From Phoronis australis (lineage: Eukaryota; Animalia; Phoronida): 64,000 nt of DNA. Position 1 is the first letter of the stretch. The number at the start of each line of letters is the position of its first letter. The DNA is taken from the NCBI GenBank assembly GCA_002633005.1, contig NMRA01000002.1:1953023-2017022 (forward strand), given 5' to 3'. The position numbers and the translations under genes were made by a program. The notes under the pieces were generated by a model that saw only the letters and a list, made by a program, of their open reading frames with translations, was not told where the DNA came from and ran no database searches. Positions 41,101 to 52,000 of the stretch are shown here, one piece after another.

Positions 41101-44100
41101 TGATCAGAGTAGGTTTATTGGTGAGTACTCGCCTAAACAAACAGTGGGTAGAATGTGTCAGCCAGTCGCCAACAAAGCAATGACGTTCAAATGCATTATC
41201 ACTGAGAAGAAGTGGTTGACAGCCAAGACCACATAGCTGAAGCCATAAAAGAACAGGTAGTTGCCATGACGACTAATCAGTTACAGTTATGAAAGGGAAT
41301 ATTTGGTTAAGCAGTTCTGACTACTAATGACAGTAGTCAGTCAGCTGTGGCCCAGCACAATCACTGAAGGTGTGTCTGAGAGTTTCACAGGAGAACAATA
41401 TGCAGTTATGCATGTATTAATACTTACAACACAGTTGAAGCTGAGGGATTGAAAAACGGCACCAGAGGAAATCATAACAAAATCCAACCAGGAAAATGAA
41501 TGAATACGAAACTCATAATGAACATTTTGAATAACGTGACTAAGAGCAGACAGACTGACAAGGTGACGACTGGCTATTGTAGCACTTACCGATACCGGCG
41601 ACTTCTGCGGCGTGTGCACTCCCGGGCGAAGTGGCCCACGCGGTCACACTCGTAACACCTCATGGTGCCCCGGGGTGGGGGTCGCCTCCCATACGAAGGT
41701 GGCCTCCGGTCCCTGCGCCCGCTGCCAAATGGTCTGGCATGCTCCACCCTCACTTGACGTCCACAGACCGACCTGTGCATTGAAGAAGCAAGATACCAGT
41801 GAAGCAACTTCTGATGGAAACATGTCTCCTTTGAACGACTGACATTCAGTCTTAAAGGGTAAGAGTTGAGGTTATCTTTCTATCTAATGAACTATCTGTT
41901 CCTGGTGCCAATTGTAGAAATTTAACTTCTTTAAAAGGCAATATACAGTGAGTATGCAATCATCAAAAATTTCAGTACATGATGTGATACATCCATCTTC
42001 AGTAAAATGGTTAAGACTAAGTTTTTTTTTGAAAAAGCAAAACAAAGGATGCATCCTGTAAAAGATCTAGACCAGGAATTTGTTACCTGAATGTCACTTC
42101 AACTTACTATACGGTACTTGCTAAAACCTCCAACAGTCTCAGCATTTCCCTCGATTAAATGGTAAACAGTACACAGACAATCATTTAGAATAAGATTGAC
42201 AAAATATGGAACTAGATGAAACACAATACTGAACAAATTACAACAAATACAAAGTGTCAAGCGTTATCTTCTTATTTTAGGACCTGTTTCACTAAAACAT
42301 CGTAACTTTACAACATTTTCAAGCAGCTGTCTAACAGGAGACTTTGCAACTGGTCATAACTCACTGTTTAGACTCTATGTAAAAAGCATTGTAAATTTAC
42401 AATTTAACAAGGCAGGCCTCTGCAGCGAATAATAAAGCTAGCAGAACACTACAGAACTAGCCACAGCAAAGCTGATCCAAATTTTGACACTTTACTTAAT
42501 GTTTAGGATTTCGTTTCTACACACCAAAAACGTCAAGGACTCATCTTCTTTGTAAACTTTTGACACAGCAAAGCAACTTATATCTTGTTGAGGTGTAATT
42601 TTGAGAAACAACACCATTTGCAGCGCCACGAATCAGCCCGCTAGACGGCGTTAGAGAGCGCTAATCTTACCGCCCATCCACATCATGCACGGCCTTTTCA
42701 GCATCTTCCCCATACTTGTAGGTAAGGAAGGCAAAACCAGCAGGGTGTCTAAAAGGTAACAACAGGCTGATCACATGACTACTAGTTTTACTCACCGTCC
42801 ATTCATTTTCTGAACTACTTTCTCCGCGTCATCCTCATATCTATAAGTAACATAAGCAAACCCGGGAGGGTTTCTGAAAAGAAGACAAAATGCTGTCGTG
42901 TGAAGGGAAGCATGCATCAGACAGATAGCAAAGGGTAACACCTCACAATGTGCACCATCTAAATCCCCACGGTACACTGTTACACCCCCCCCCCCNAATT
43001 TCCAACAAACATTAAGTAAAAATGACCGTTTAGTTTCGTACTTTTTGCAGGCTTCTAAGATCATAATGAATACATATCATATAGCTATTCACAAATGTTG
43101 TGTGACCACTGGCTTTGTAACACAACTCAAAATGGTAAAAGTTTCATAAGGCACAATTAATTCTATGAAAATGCATACGAAGAGGAAAGCGCAACTTAAC
43201 CGACACATCACGACGATCATGTCCTGAAAATGGTAAGAGTTTTAACGTACACACACGGAGTACAATGCCAGTGGTAACAAAGTCATGGGCTTGGCACGAC
43301 GCGTTATGAAAGTGTTTTGCTGAAATGTTTCCTAATGGAAGACTGGATCAAAGTGAAAAAACAAGGAAGCAAACAAAACAAAAAGGGAGTGTGACAAGTC
43401 TTAGGGTGACCATGAAGAGACAAAATAAGTGGAAGTTTAAAAATTGCCTGTACGATATCCAATATATATGAAAGTCTAAAGCTCAATCAAAAGACGGTAC
43501 GAGTTCTTTCTCTCATTTTCTACACGCAGTCCATTTCTTTGAAATATTTGTCTCCAGATCAGCAGCGTGCAAAATGATGCTCATTTTAGAAGAGCTTTCG
43601 TTGTGTCTCAATCACCTCAATTACTGACATCGAATGTGTATAGTAAGCAAATGTGCTCAAACATACATGCTCGTCGAGAGGCGTTGCCAATTTTGCAACT
43701 AAAGTGAAGGTCGTTTGGTTCATTTTATCAGTTATCTCAGGCGGAGCAAAAGCCTACCAGTTGGAACTCAACATATGGATGAAATCCATCGTTTCTAACG
43801 TGGTTCTTTAACAAGAANGTAAGAGTTTTAACGTCCACACACAGAGTACAATGCCAGTGGTAACAAAGTCATGAGCTTGGCACGACGCATTATGAAAGTG
43901 TTTTGCTGAAATGTTTCCTAATGGAAGACTGGATCAAAGTGAAAAAAACAAGGAAGCAAACAAAACAAAAAGGGAGTGTGACAAGTCTTAGGGTGACCAT
44001 GAAGAGACAAAATAAGTGGAAGTTTAAAAATTGCCTGTACGATATCCAATATATGGAAGTCTAAAGCTCAATCAAAAGACGGTACGAGTTCTTTCTCTCA

Positions 44101-46040
44101 TTTTCTACACGCAGTCCATTTCTTTGAAATATTTGTCTCCAGATCAGCAGCGTGCAAAATGATGCTCATTTTAGAAGAGCTTTCGTTGTGTCTCAATCAC
44201 CTCAATTACTGACATCGAATGTGTATAGTAAGCAAATGTGCTCAAACATACATGCTCGTCGAGAGGCGTTGCCAATTTTGCAACTAAAGTGAAGGTCGTT
44301 TGGTTCATTTTATCAGTTATCTAAGGCGGAGCAAAAGCATACCAGTTGGAACTCAACATATGGATGAAATCCATCGTTTCTAACGTGGTTCTTTAACAAG
44401 AACATTTCGGCACTTTGCAGTGTCTGACATGCACACTGAGAAATTCTGATCTCTGAAAAATACTTTAACACTTCCCAGGAATGGGGAGGTTGGGAAAAGT
44501 GTCCATTTTGTATAATGGAGATCACTGTGATTGGACCATGGATATGATACATGAGAACCTATGTGCAACCCCTAAAACCAAGGCATGCCCCCATCCGGGC
44601 CGTAAACTTGGGGCACCTGCTAACTAGAAAATAATCGGATGATATTGGTCCCTGACAGTGACTACTACAGAACATTTCAATTGCTAAACATATATAACTT
44701 GTTGAAAATTAATTCTCTAATTGGTGGTTAGCAATAAGCTCAATGGGCTTGTGTTTCTCTATGCTGTGTGTAACAGTTTCGTTCTTCAAATTGGACACTC
44801 CTCTAAAAGATAGAATGATTGTAAAAAATTCTCTCTTACATTGCCAAAACCATTAATTGGCATTAATTTTCAACCCATTTCGTAAACATTTATGCTGTTT
44901 ATCTTGGTCACTTAATTAAGTCACTCAGGTCTACAGAAACACCACCAAAATGAGTTAGACCGTGATTTGATGATTCAAATACTAGGAAGCCACTCAACAG
45001 TTTTCAAAAAGCCTAATGATAAGCCAAATACAACATCCTGCAAATGAGAAGTATGCTAATCTATTTCAAAGTTCTTCCATTGTAAAATTCTCTGAAGACA
45101 TTTAGCAACAGGATCAGGATGTTCAACGGGTCTAGACAGATCACCCGCCTGTGCTGCCACCTCTCAGCATGGGTGCCATATGGTAGACATTACCACCATC
45201 AGAACTGGACCAGCACAGCCAACACAGATGGTCATCAACCCCTAGGGTTGCCATACACAGGAAGCTTTTCGCCAAATTATGCTTCACACTGACTGATTGT
45301 GAGAATATTTGTTAGACTTTGAAGGCTTTGTGGTAGACAAGCATCCCATGAATCATAGGAGCCTCAGTTAGCCACACACTGAGGGACATTGCCTGTTAGA
45401 TGAATGGTTAACAGTAACACACTCAATGGTTTTATCTGGGTCGCTGGTTAGATTCCCAAGTCGGTTAATCTCCGCTATTACTGTGCAGATTCTAACTGAC
45501 TCCAAGTGCTTATATCTACATTCAAACAGTACACATAATAACGTGACTGTTATAGTTTAGCCAGGGTTAAGTGCAATAACAAAAATATGCAGAAACTTTT
45601 CCAGCGTAGGGTATACAGGACACAGCAAGGATTCGAGTAAAAATCGATCGGAATAAACAAAAGGTTAATGTGGAGGAAACTTTGCTTTCAGATATATTGC
45701 TTAGATTAAAAGAACCATACTTCAAAACTCTTCAAGAGCGGTAGCAAACACTTTTGCAAATAAAAAGGAAGTAAGTAATTAAGTAATGTAGTCACAAACA
45801 GCTCAGTTTGCCTGTTGTTAGTTAGGTCACTTGGATTGACTTGGAAAGATAAAGAAGGAAACAATCGGTTCAATTTTCAGCTGACTGAAACGCATTGTAA
45901 TGGCCTTACCGTGCTACCCAAACATCTACAAGTGGTCCGTAATATTCAAACTCTTTCTGTAAATCATTTTTACCAATTCTGTTTCCAATATCGCCAACAA
46001 AAACCCGATAACCACCGAGTGCCCGATCCTTTACGGCCAT
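29047..46040 (-). CDS. SRSF7: SRSF7/9G8-like serine/arginine-rich splicing factor (RRM, CCHC zinc knuckle, long RS/K-rich tail); 18 coding exon positions, about 406 aa
   Basis: Join 46040-45910, [42873-42796 or 42748-42671], 41772-41590, 39869-39816, 38827-38774, 37925-37872, 36615-36559, 35793-35734, 35313-35260, 34495-34445, 34318-34280, 33853-33800, 32584-32534, 32403-32365, 31823-31758, 31317-31261, 30205-30155, 29134-29047. Total 1221 nt, open throughout, every intron GT-AG and phase 2. Motifs RVFVGDI (RNP2), VWVARNPPGFA (SRSF3/7 signature) and CYECDRVGHFAREC. It may be a divergent paralog rather than the strict ortholog. Confidence 0.9.
30155..30205 (-). CDS. SRSF7: RS microexon 17 (51 nt)
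   Basis: SVSRSKSRTPEPNNEDS; ttccag| and |gtactt. Confidence 0.82.
31261..31317 (-). CDS. SRSF7: RS microexon 16 (57 nt)
   Basis: SDDRSVSRSPEKEKREIKR; ttccag| and |gtgtgg. Confidence 0.82.
31758..31823 (-). CDS. SRSF7: RS microexon 15 (66 nt)
   Basis: SKSRSRSHSDSKSPRHKKDTKR; cttcag| and |gtaggc. Confidence 0.85.
32365..32403 (-). CDS. SRSF7: RS microexon 14 (39 nt; copy 2 of exon 11)
   Basis: SKSKSRSRSPKKR; tttatag| and |gttagt. Confidence 0.83.
32534..32584 (-). CDS. SRSF7: RS microexon 13 (51 nt; copy 2 of exon 10)
   Basis: SRSRSTKREDKDKKKKR; atcag| and |gtaagt. Confidence 0.83.
33144..33632. mobile_element. MITE (489 bp) with about 100-bp TIRs and an 8-bp TSD (P- or hAT-like)
   Basis: Left end CACAGGCATCCTCAGCTTCTGATCGTCCCCAATACACTACATAT... 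matches the reverse complement of the right end with scattered mismatches. TSD GTTTTATT (33136-33143) and GTTTGATT (33633-33640). The paralogous empty site GTTTGACT is at 35107-35114. Confidence 0.88.
33800..33853 (-). CDS. SRSF7: RS microexon 12 (54 nt; copy 2 of exon 9)
   Basis: SRSKSRSRSKSKKRSESR; ctccag| and |gtgaga. Confidence 0.85.
34280..34318 (-). CDS. SRSF7: RS microexon 11 (39 nt; copy 1)
   Basis: SKSKSRSRSPKKR; tttatag| and |gtaagt. Confidence 0.85.
34445..34495 (-). CDS. SRSF7: RS microexon 10 (51 nt; copy 1)
   Basis: SRSRSAKREDKDKKKKK; ccag| and |gtaagt. Confidence 0.83.
35260..35313 (-). CDS. SRSF7: RS microexon 9 (54 nt; duplicated block, copy 1)
   Basis: SRSKSRSRSKSKKRSESR; ttacag| and |gtgaga. 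Confidence 0.85.
35734..35793 (-). CDS. SRSF7: RS microexon 8 (60 nt)
   Basis: DESRSRSKSGSKSPRKEKNR; tttcag| and |gtaata. Confidence 0.85.
36286..36412. repeat. Intronic palindrome (26-bp perfect outer arms, imperfect inner arms), probable MITE remnant
   Basis: CTTTGTTGAAAACACGACTAAACTTT ... AAAGTTTAGTCGTGTTTTCAACAAAG; inner arms TTGAAACCGAGTTG and CGACTTGGTATCAA. Confidence 0.8.
36559..36615 (-). CDS. SRSF7: RS microexon 7 (57 nt)
   Basis: ESRSHSGSKSPRPSKKSKR; tttcag| and |gtgtgt. Confidence 0.83.
37872..37925 (-). CDS. SRSF7: RS microexon 6 (54 nt)
   Basis: SRSDSKSRSRSRTPTKKR; cgcag| and |gtactt. Confidence 0.85.
38774..38827 (-). CDS. SRSF7: RS microexon 5 (54 nt)
   Basis: SRSRSPRHSDDKAKKTKR; tttcag| and |gtacag. 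Confidence 0.85.
39816..39869 (-). CDS. SRSF7: RS microexon 4 (54 nt)
   Basis: SQSRSRSRSRSHRRSNSR; tttcag| and |gtacat. Confidence 0.85.
40829..41132 (-). other. Candidate poison (PTC-containing) cassette exon in SRSF7-like intron 3
   Basis: Acceptor ctgtttgtttag| at 41132, in-frame TGA at 41008-41006, and donors after 40829 (gtaagg), 40777 (gtaatt) or 40741 (gtaagt). It forms a GC/CpG-rich island in an AT-rich intron, in the same intron as the known vertebrate SRSF7 poison exon. Confidence 0.55.
41590..41772 (-). CDS. SRSF7: SRSF7-like exon 3 (RRM end plus zinc knuckle)
   Basis: SVCGRQVRVEHARP...MRCYECDRVGHFARECTRRRSRRY(R); cag| and |gtaagt; 183 nt. Confidence 0.92.
42671..42748 (-). CDS. 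SRSF7: SRSF7-like exon 2b (78 nt, RNP1, variant B)
   Basis: cttttag|...HPAGFAFLTYKYGEDAEKAVHDVDG(R)|gtaaga; same length and phase as exon 2a. Confidence 0.88.
42796..42873 (-). CDS. SRSF7: SRSF7-like exon 2a (78 nt, RNP1, variant A)
   Basis: ttttcag|...NPPGFAYVTYRYEDDAEKVVQKMNG(R)|gtgagt. Confidence 0.88.
43233..44402. repeat. Near-identical direct duplication (about 585 bp) either side of an N at 43818; probable assembly artefact
   Basis: 43233-43817 and 43819-44402 differ by only a few SNPs and small indels; the junction is exactly the N. Confidence 0.85.
45910..46040 (-). CDS. SRSF7: SRSF7-like exon 1 (RRM N-terminal half)
   Basis: MAVKDRALGGYRVFVGDIGNRIGKNDLQKEFEYYGPLVDVWVA(R); donor CG|gtaagg. 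Confidence 0.92.
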
Positions 46041-46118
46041 CTTAGTTTTTACAGGTCAGCGTCTCTTCAGTCTCGCGTTCTCGTTGTTTATACGAGACTT
46101 TGCTGTTCCCTGGCGAGT

Positions 46119-46126
46119 TATTTATA
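46119..46126 (-). promoter_or_regulatory. TATA box of the SRSF7-like gene
   Basis: TATAAATA on minus about 80 nt upstream of the ATG, implying a TSS near 46095; TGACGT at 46142-46147; CpG-rich context. Confidence 0.55.
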
Positions 46127-48439
46127 GTCGGTTGTGGCGCTTGACGTTGGCTCTTACCTGTATAGGCAGTGGGTATTGTGATACAATCGGATATTGTTCC
46201 TAACAGTTGTCTTCAAGTATCCTAATTGATCAGATATTTATTATTCCTATTACAGTCAGTGCTATTGCTATGTTTCTCGTGTTTTCTCCATTGCTTGCCG
46301 CGGTCAGTGTCCGGGGTTTCTATCTTCTTTTACCCGAATTTTCTGTAATTCCAATTTGCCGAAATCTATGGATACGGTTGCCTCCCCCATCGTTTCCACG
46401 ATGAAAGCGCGATAATGTTTAATATGTTCATTTTGGCAACTGACAAAGAAAGGGAACAAAATGTGATTATAAATGTACATTTCGAAAATAAAAACGCATT
46501 TTCGCTATTTACTTTACTTCGGCTTACATACCATACCTAAACTGAAAGTGCCAGATCATATTTCCCTCGTTCCTGAAATAGGCTCGTGACACATTTGATT
46601 ATTTTTAAACCGAACTAATTTGTAAAATTTCATGTTAGTCAAACTTGTCTGTTCATTGTATGAAAATGGTGTCCGCCTGCATTCATTTAAATGGAGGTTA
46701 TGGGTTTTAAGGCCGAAAACGTAGTGATTTTTTTTTGGGGATTACTGTCAGATGGGGTAGATTTTTTGAAGTTATTAACTTTGACCAATGTTATAAAACA
46801 ACAAAATCCGTTGTGTTTTATGTAATTTCAAATTTTCATTATCAGACATTGGTTAAAATGGAGACCAATGATTTTACCAGTTAAATACGCTTAAAATACT
46901 TTATCATCTACGGAGTTGGACTTAGTGGCCATCAGGGTATTAAATTGTGAACTCAAGGGTTGCAGGTGCAATTCCACGTAGACGGAGATTCATCTCAGGA
47001 AATCATTTTTTTGCCGAGCATGGCACTTTAGGCACGAAAAGCAGGCTATGGACCATGACACAAGAGAAACATGCACTAAGTTGAGACGTAGTGGTCTGTA
47101 TCGATAGTCAGTGAAGCTTGAGGTCATGCTCCAATAAATGTGAGAACAGCACGCCCGTAAAAATTCAAACATCAAATTATATTGGATATGCGTGTACTAT
47201 GATACACTATTGTAGGAGACGCACGCTACTGTAGACTCAGACTTACTCAAATGGATGGGGTTTCAGGACTCAGATTCTAGCTCGAAAACTGATTTCATTC
47301 CCCAAAATGAGTACATTTCATTTTATAGCACCGACGTTGCGGCTTGCGTACGAACGACATGATGAGTCACAGAAAGAGATGGCGGCGACCAGGCTGATGG
47401 TGTTCGACCTGGACGTAAGAGGCAAGAAACAGGGACCAATCGAAGGCAAGACGGATAGGGGCAGTCTGAAATTGTGGCGACCGGGCGGCGGAGGGAGGGC
47501 CTGTTGCGAGACGGCATCTGTTGCGACTAGACACTAAAGTACCCAATAAAAGCCCACAACAAAAGTCTCGTCCAGTTTGCAAATGACTGCAAAGTGCACG
47601 GGAATTCAGGAGAGTTTTGGAATGTATGAATCAGTTTTTCAGTGCCGTATTCAAGTTGAAATTATATAGCTCAAGGAGCTATTCATTAAATTTCAATTAA
47701 ATAAATAAGCACAACCCCCAACAAATGGATGAAGTTGGACTAATCACCATCATCAAACAAAAATCATACAGGAAATTTAAAAAAATGACGTTCGTCCGAC
47801 CTGGCCAAATTCCTCCCGGCATAACAAGCGACACTTATATGAACTTGGTCATTTTTATTTTTAGAATTTGATGAAAAGATGATGAGATGAAAGCAGATGG
47901 CTTAAAAGTCCTTCGACAACAGAAAAATGTAAGGCAAGAGCAATCACATCAATTTTCGGCTGCCGGTTTAGCATTAAATTATGACCCCGTGAAAAAATGA
48001 CCCATGGCCCCAGCAATAAACCTAACCTGTTTTCCGGGCCTCACACGCTGACGTCAAGGATGGCTTATGGTCTGTGCAGGAGACTGCAATAAACCTGTCG
48101 TGACTAGTTTCCAAGTATATCAATAGATGTCACTGAAATATAAGAAAAATTTTCGATTGTTTCCCCTGCGAGAGAAAGCATTTTCGTTATTATCTCCCTT
48201 TTCGTTGAAACTTTCGTAGTAGACATTTGCCGGGAGAATTCCCTCCCCTTTAATGTGTCGAATTGTTTTCGATATCAAAAATAAACATAAAATATTTGCC
48301 CCACACACATCCTCTTTATATATTCAAAATTCTGCTCTAAATCTAAGAAATCTCCAAAAATGCAAAAAATATTTAAATAAAAACTGTTTGCGAAAACACA
48401 TAAGTTGTGGGAGGGTAAGAGAACGGCAGAACGCCAATT

Positions 48440-48454
48440 GTTGTCACTGGATAC
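48440..48454. promoter_or_regulatory. X-box (RFX)-like motif in the putative CDKL promoter
   Basis: GTTGTCACTGGATAC resembles GTTGCC-N(1-3)-GGHWAC and lies just upstream of the CpG-rich putative first exon. Confidence 0.35.
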
Positions 48455-48569
48455 AACTTTTGAAGAGTGTTAAATCACGTTTTTGGGACTTTTAAAAACG
48501 TGACAAGACAATGAACGAGAGTCTTTTGCTCATTTGGCCGAAGCTTGTGTTGATGGACATTGTCATAAG

Positions 48570-49040
48570 TTAGATTTCATTACTGTAAGTTGTGTGCTCA
48601 CTTCACACTTTTGCCGACTCGTTTGACTTGAGCGGCTGTGGTGCGTAAATCATCAGCTGGACTGCTGTGTAAATAACCGGGGTAAATAGCAGGTAATCAG
48701 CAGAATTCGTCGCTGGATTTATTTACCTGGAGGCACTGACTGGGCTTGTGTATCGAGGAGATACCTTATCAAAATTTCATGTGATTCTGCCGTCTGCACG
48801 TTTCGCAAAAAGAGAAGTGTGTGAAACAGTATCTCAGTGGTGCCAGGCGGCCAGATTCAGTGGCTCACCATTCGGCAGAAATTGATTCCTTTGAATTTCC
48901 AAGGTCAAGGAGTTGACTGAGCCAGCGGATTTCCAAGGAGTATTTGGGCTGGCAGAGTGGATTGTCCTAGAGTGGTGTGGTGGTCACGCCACCATTAACT
49001 TTATATGAATGCTTTGATCAGAAATGAAGGGCATCATAAG
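48570..49040 (+). other. Putative non-coding first exon(s) of the CDKL gene
   Basis: CpG-rich block ending at donor AAG|gtaaca (49040/49041; alternative CAG|gtaatc at 48692), after which CpG depletion begins. The CDKL ATG exon has an acceptor and so needs an upstream exon. The start coordinate is approximate. Confidence 0.35.
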
Positions 49041-52000
49041 GTAACAAACTGAAAATTTATAAATTTGTTTTGTCTATGGTGGAGCACGCCAAGATTAATT
49101 GTTGAGAATGTATCCTTGATATGAGCCTGGGGATTTTCGGTGTTTATTTCTCTGCTAAATCATTTATTGTGCCATCACATTTAAAAAAACATTTTATTTG
49201 AGTTAATTTTTTCTGCCACAACACTAAACTTATGTTGTAAGCAGTTAAGCATTTGTAGTTGCTAGAATAAAAACATTGGTGGCCTTTTTCTAGTGCATGC
49301 TCATTTAAGTTTTACTAAAAATACTGTTAATACCATGGATCAGCTGTCGTGTTATTTTTTTCAAGGAAAACACTGCTAGTTGAAGTTAGCCCCTGGATTG
49401 TGATTGTGAAGGTCTTGGAAAACAATTCACTAGTTTGAAGGTTCAAATTGTCTAAATTTTGAGAATTAAATAATGACGTCTAAATTGCAAGATCTATCAT
49501 CACTGTATTTTGTACGACAAACTTTTCCCATGGATTGTTAGCTAATTATGCTACAGTTTAGGATTGTTGTATTCACTGCAGATCCGCGTTGGCTTAGTTA
49601 CTGTAAAACCATTGGTACAATTGTCTTCCTGAGGATTCTGGTATGATACCTTTAAGCTTGAATCAATCATTCCTGTTGCTGCTAGTTTCTGTCAGATATT
49701 TAAAAAGCTTAAGCTGAAAAAATCGAAATTTTGTCCATGGCAGATCACAAACATAAATTCGAATTGCTTATTTTCAAATGATTGAAAACTCCATTACTTT
49801 GTATGTTCAGCCTTTGTCAGTGGGCAGAAGCTTTGAGTTTACTGAAATTCATGCTTTTCAAATTGCTAAATTTTGATCTTGTTTTAAATACAAGTATTTA
49901 AAAGATCACAAGAATATTTTGTAAGAGACAGTTTGACTAAATTACATGCTCATCTTCTAGAAAATTGTGAAAAAAACAAAAAACAATAAGAATTATTGCT
50001 TTGCTAGTGTTACCAAGTTTTCAGGCATTGTTTTAAGGCTACTGTGAATGTTAAAATGTGTAAATTTAGTTTGTAATTTATTAAGCATCGCTCAGACCAC
50101 TGAGAAGTCATAAGCTGCAAAATATTCCTTAATGAATGGTAAGAATCCTTGGTTAATTCAAACATCCACAAACAACACCCATATACATGGAAGTGTCCTA
50201 GTCAATGTACTCTGGTACCTGTGGCATATACATTCGTCCACTACAGGTGCCAACAAATGCGCAAAACTACTTTTATCTGCCAGTTTTTGTTTGCTGTTTT
50301 CTTACAATATCTCCATATTGTGCGAAAAGGCTATTCCGTACATTAGAGTTTTCTCGAGTTGCTGAAGCATAGATAGTACTTCTTAGATAGTCCAAGGAGT
50401 ATTTAGAATCTAACAAAAATCTGTTGGAGTAAGGGCTTTAGTGAAGTTAGAGGTTATAGTGTATTGATTCAACCTTATTGTCTAAAACAGAATCTATATT
50501 CTAATATCAAATAAGCTTCTAGAATTTCAAATCTTACAACTGTCTTGCAAAAGAACCTGCAAGATGTGAAAGTCTGGTGATAGGTGATATCTTTCAAGTC
50601 ACATTAAATATTCATAGCCTCCAATACACTATCTTATCGGCACTTTATTGTGGAAGATAAAACACCATTCAAGTGGATGTGTCAACAAGCCTGCATTTAG
50701 CTACCCAACCTACAAAATCCTCTCTTAGTTGGCTCCTTTTGACTGTATTGTGTAACAAGTCAATAACAGATCTAAGAGTATGCTATAACTCATTTTAGTT
50801 TTGTGCTCCTTAAGTACCACAGACCTGGTATAAAAAATAGCTACAACAAGCAAACAGACAGTGTATGTCATCTCTAGCCATTGTAAATTGAAACTTGTGG
50901 CATGTAATTAACTGTATCACCAATGATAAGAATGTAGATCTGTTGGTAAGCACTGGGGCGTTTCTCGCTATGGCTGAGATCGCATGTTTGTGCAAGGTAT
51001 TTTGTGAAGTCCTATGAGTGTGGTTTTCAACAATCTACTATTGGCACTCGCGTACGCTGGAAGTATTAAGCTGTGTTTTGGTGAGGATACAGTTTGGTTG
51101 CCAATCGCACCCGTCTATTCAGGTTTTGAACTGTAGAGGTTAGTTTTGAAAGGTTTAAATTGAGTGGTCTTTTGACAATGCTCTAATTTTTCACGTATTT
51201 CACCCAAGAAGAATAGCCGAAATGCCATTTTCATATTTTTCAAAAGCTGAATTACCTTTTTGCAAGTAATTTGGAAATTTTTCTGAATGTTGTTACTTGA
51301 TGTCTACACATTAAAATACACACTAGTAATAGACATAATTCTTCTCAGTTCTTTAAAAAATTGGCAATGTTAGGCATGTATTTGTGACTTGCCTGACAGG
51401 CCAGTGTTATGATGCCATCTTAAACAACTCTTGTTTTGAACTCTAGATGTTATATGGCAAGTCCAAATTGTTGCAGAATGTGTAATTGTATTTTTCCATC
51501 ATTTTGGTTTATTCATCGTGTGCCGAACCGCATTTTTCCCATAAATTTTACCTGGTTTTGAAACTTGAGCAGAATAGAATTTCACTGAAACAATCACTAA
51601 CTTGATTTACATAGATTTGCTTTATTCTAGTTGACAGTTCTGTCTGGACATGATGGTCATTAGGTGACTTCATTTTCATTTTTTTTTTCGTAATTAATGA
51701 CTCTTTGCTACGGTTGGTAAAGTGACTCAGAAAGCAACTGCTGTGTTATGCACTGTTAAGTTATAGGTTTTTAGGACTTCATCAACAAGTCGGTGTAAAA
51801 TATCTGCAAAGCTGACTTTAACTCTTTTGTTTTCTGAATGTAGAAGGCCTGTAGACTTAGCTACAAATGCCATTGCTTTTTCCAAGTTTTCCTGGACTGC
51901 ATTTAAATTGTATTATAACTTCCAATGCCAGCGAAGTTTTACGGCTGCGAGCTATAACTCCAAGGGTAGAAAGTTGGATAAACTTGAGAAGTATCTGTGT

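Noticed and set aside
42530-42580. Possible third RNP1 exon (CFAVSKVYKEDES)
   Set aside because: Only faint similarity, and no splice sites at a 78-nt spacing.
46915-46985. tRNA-like A and B boxes (also near 45390-45470)
   Set aside because: No cloverleaf can be folded; probably decayed tRNA-derived SINE heads.
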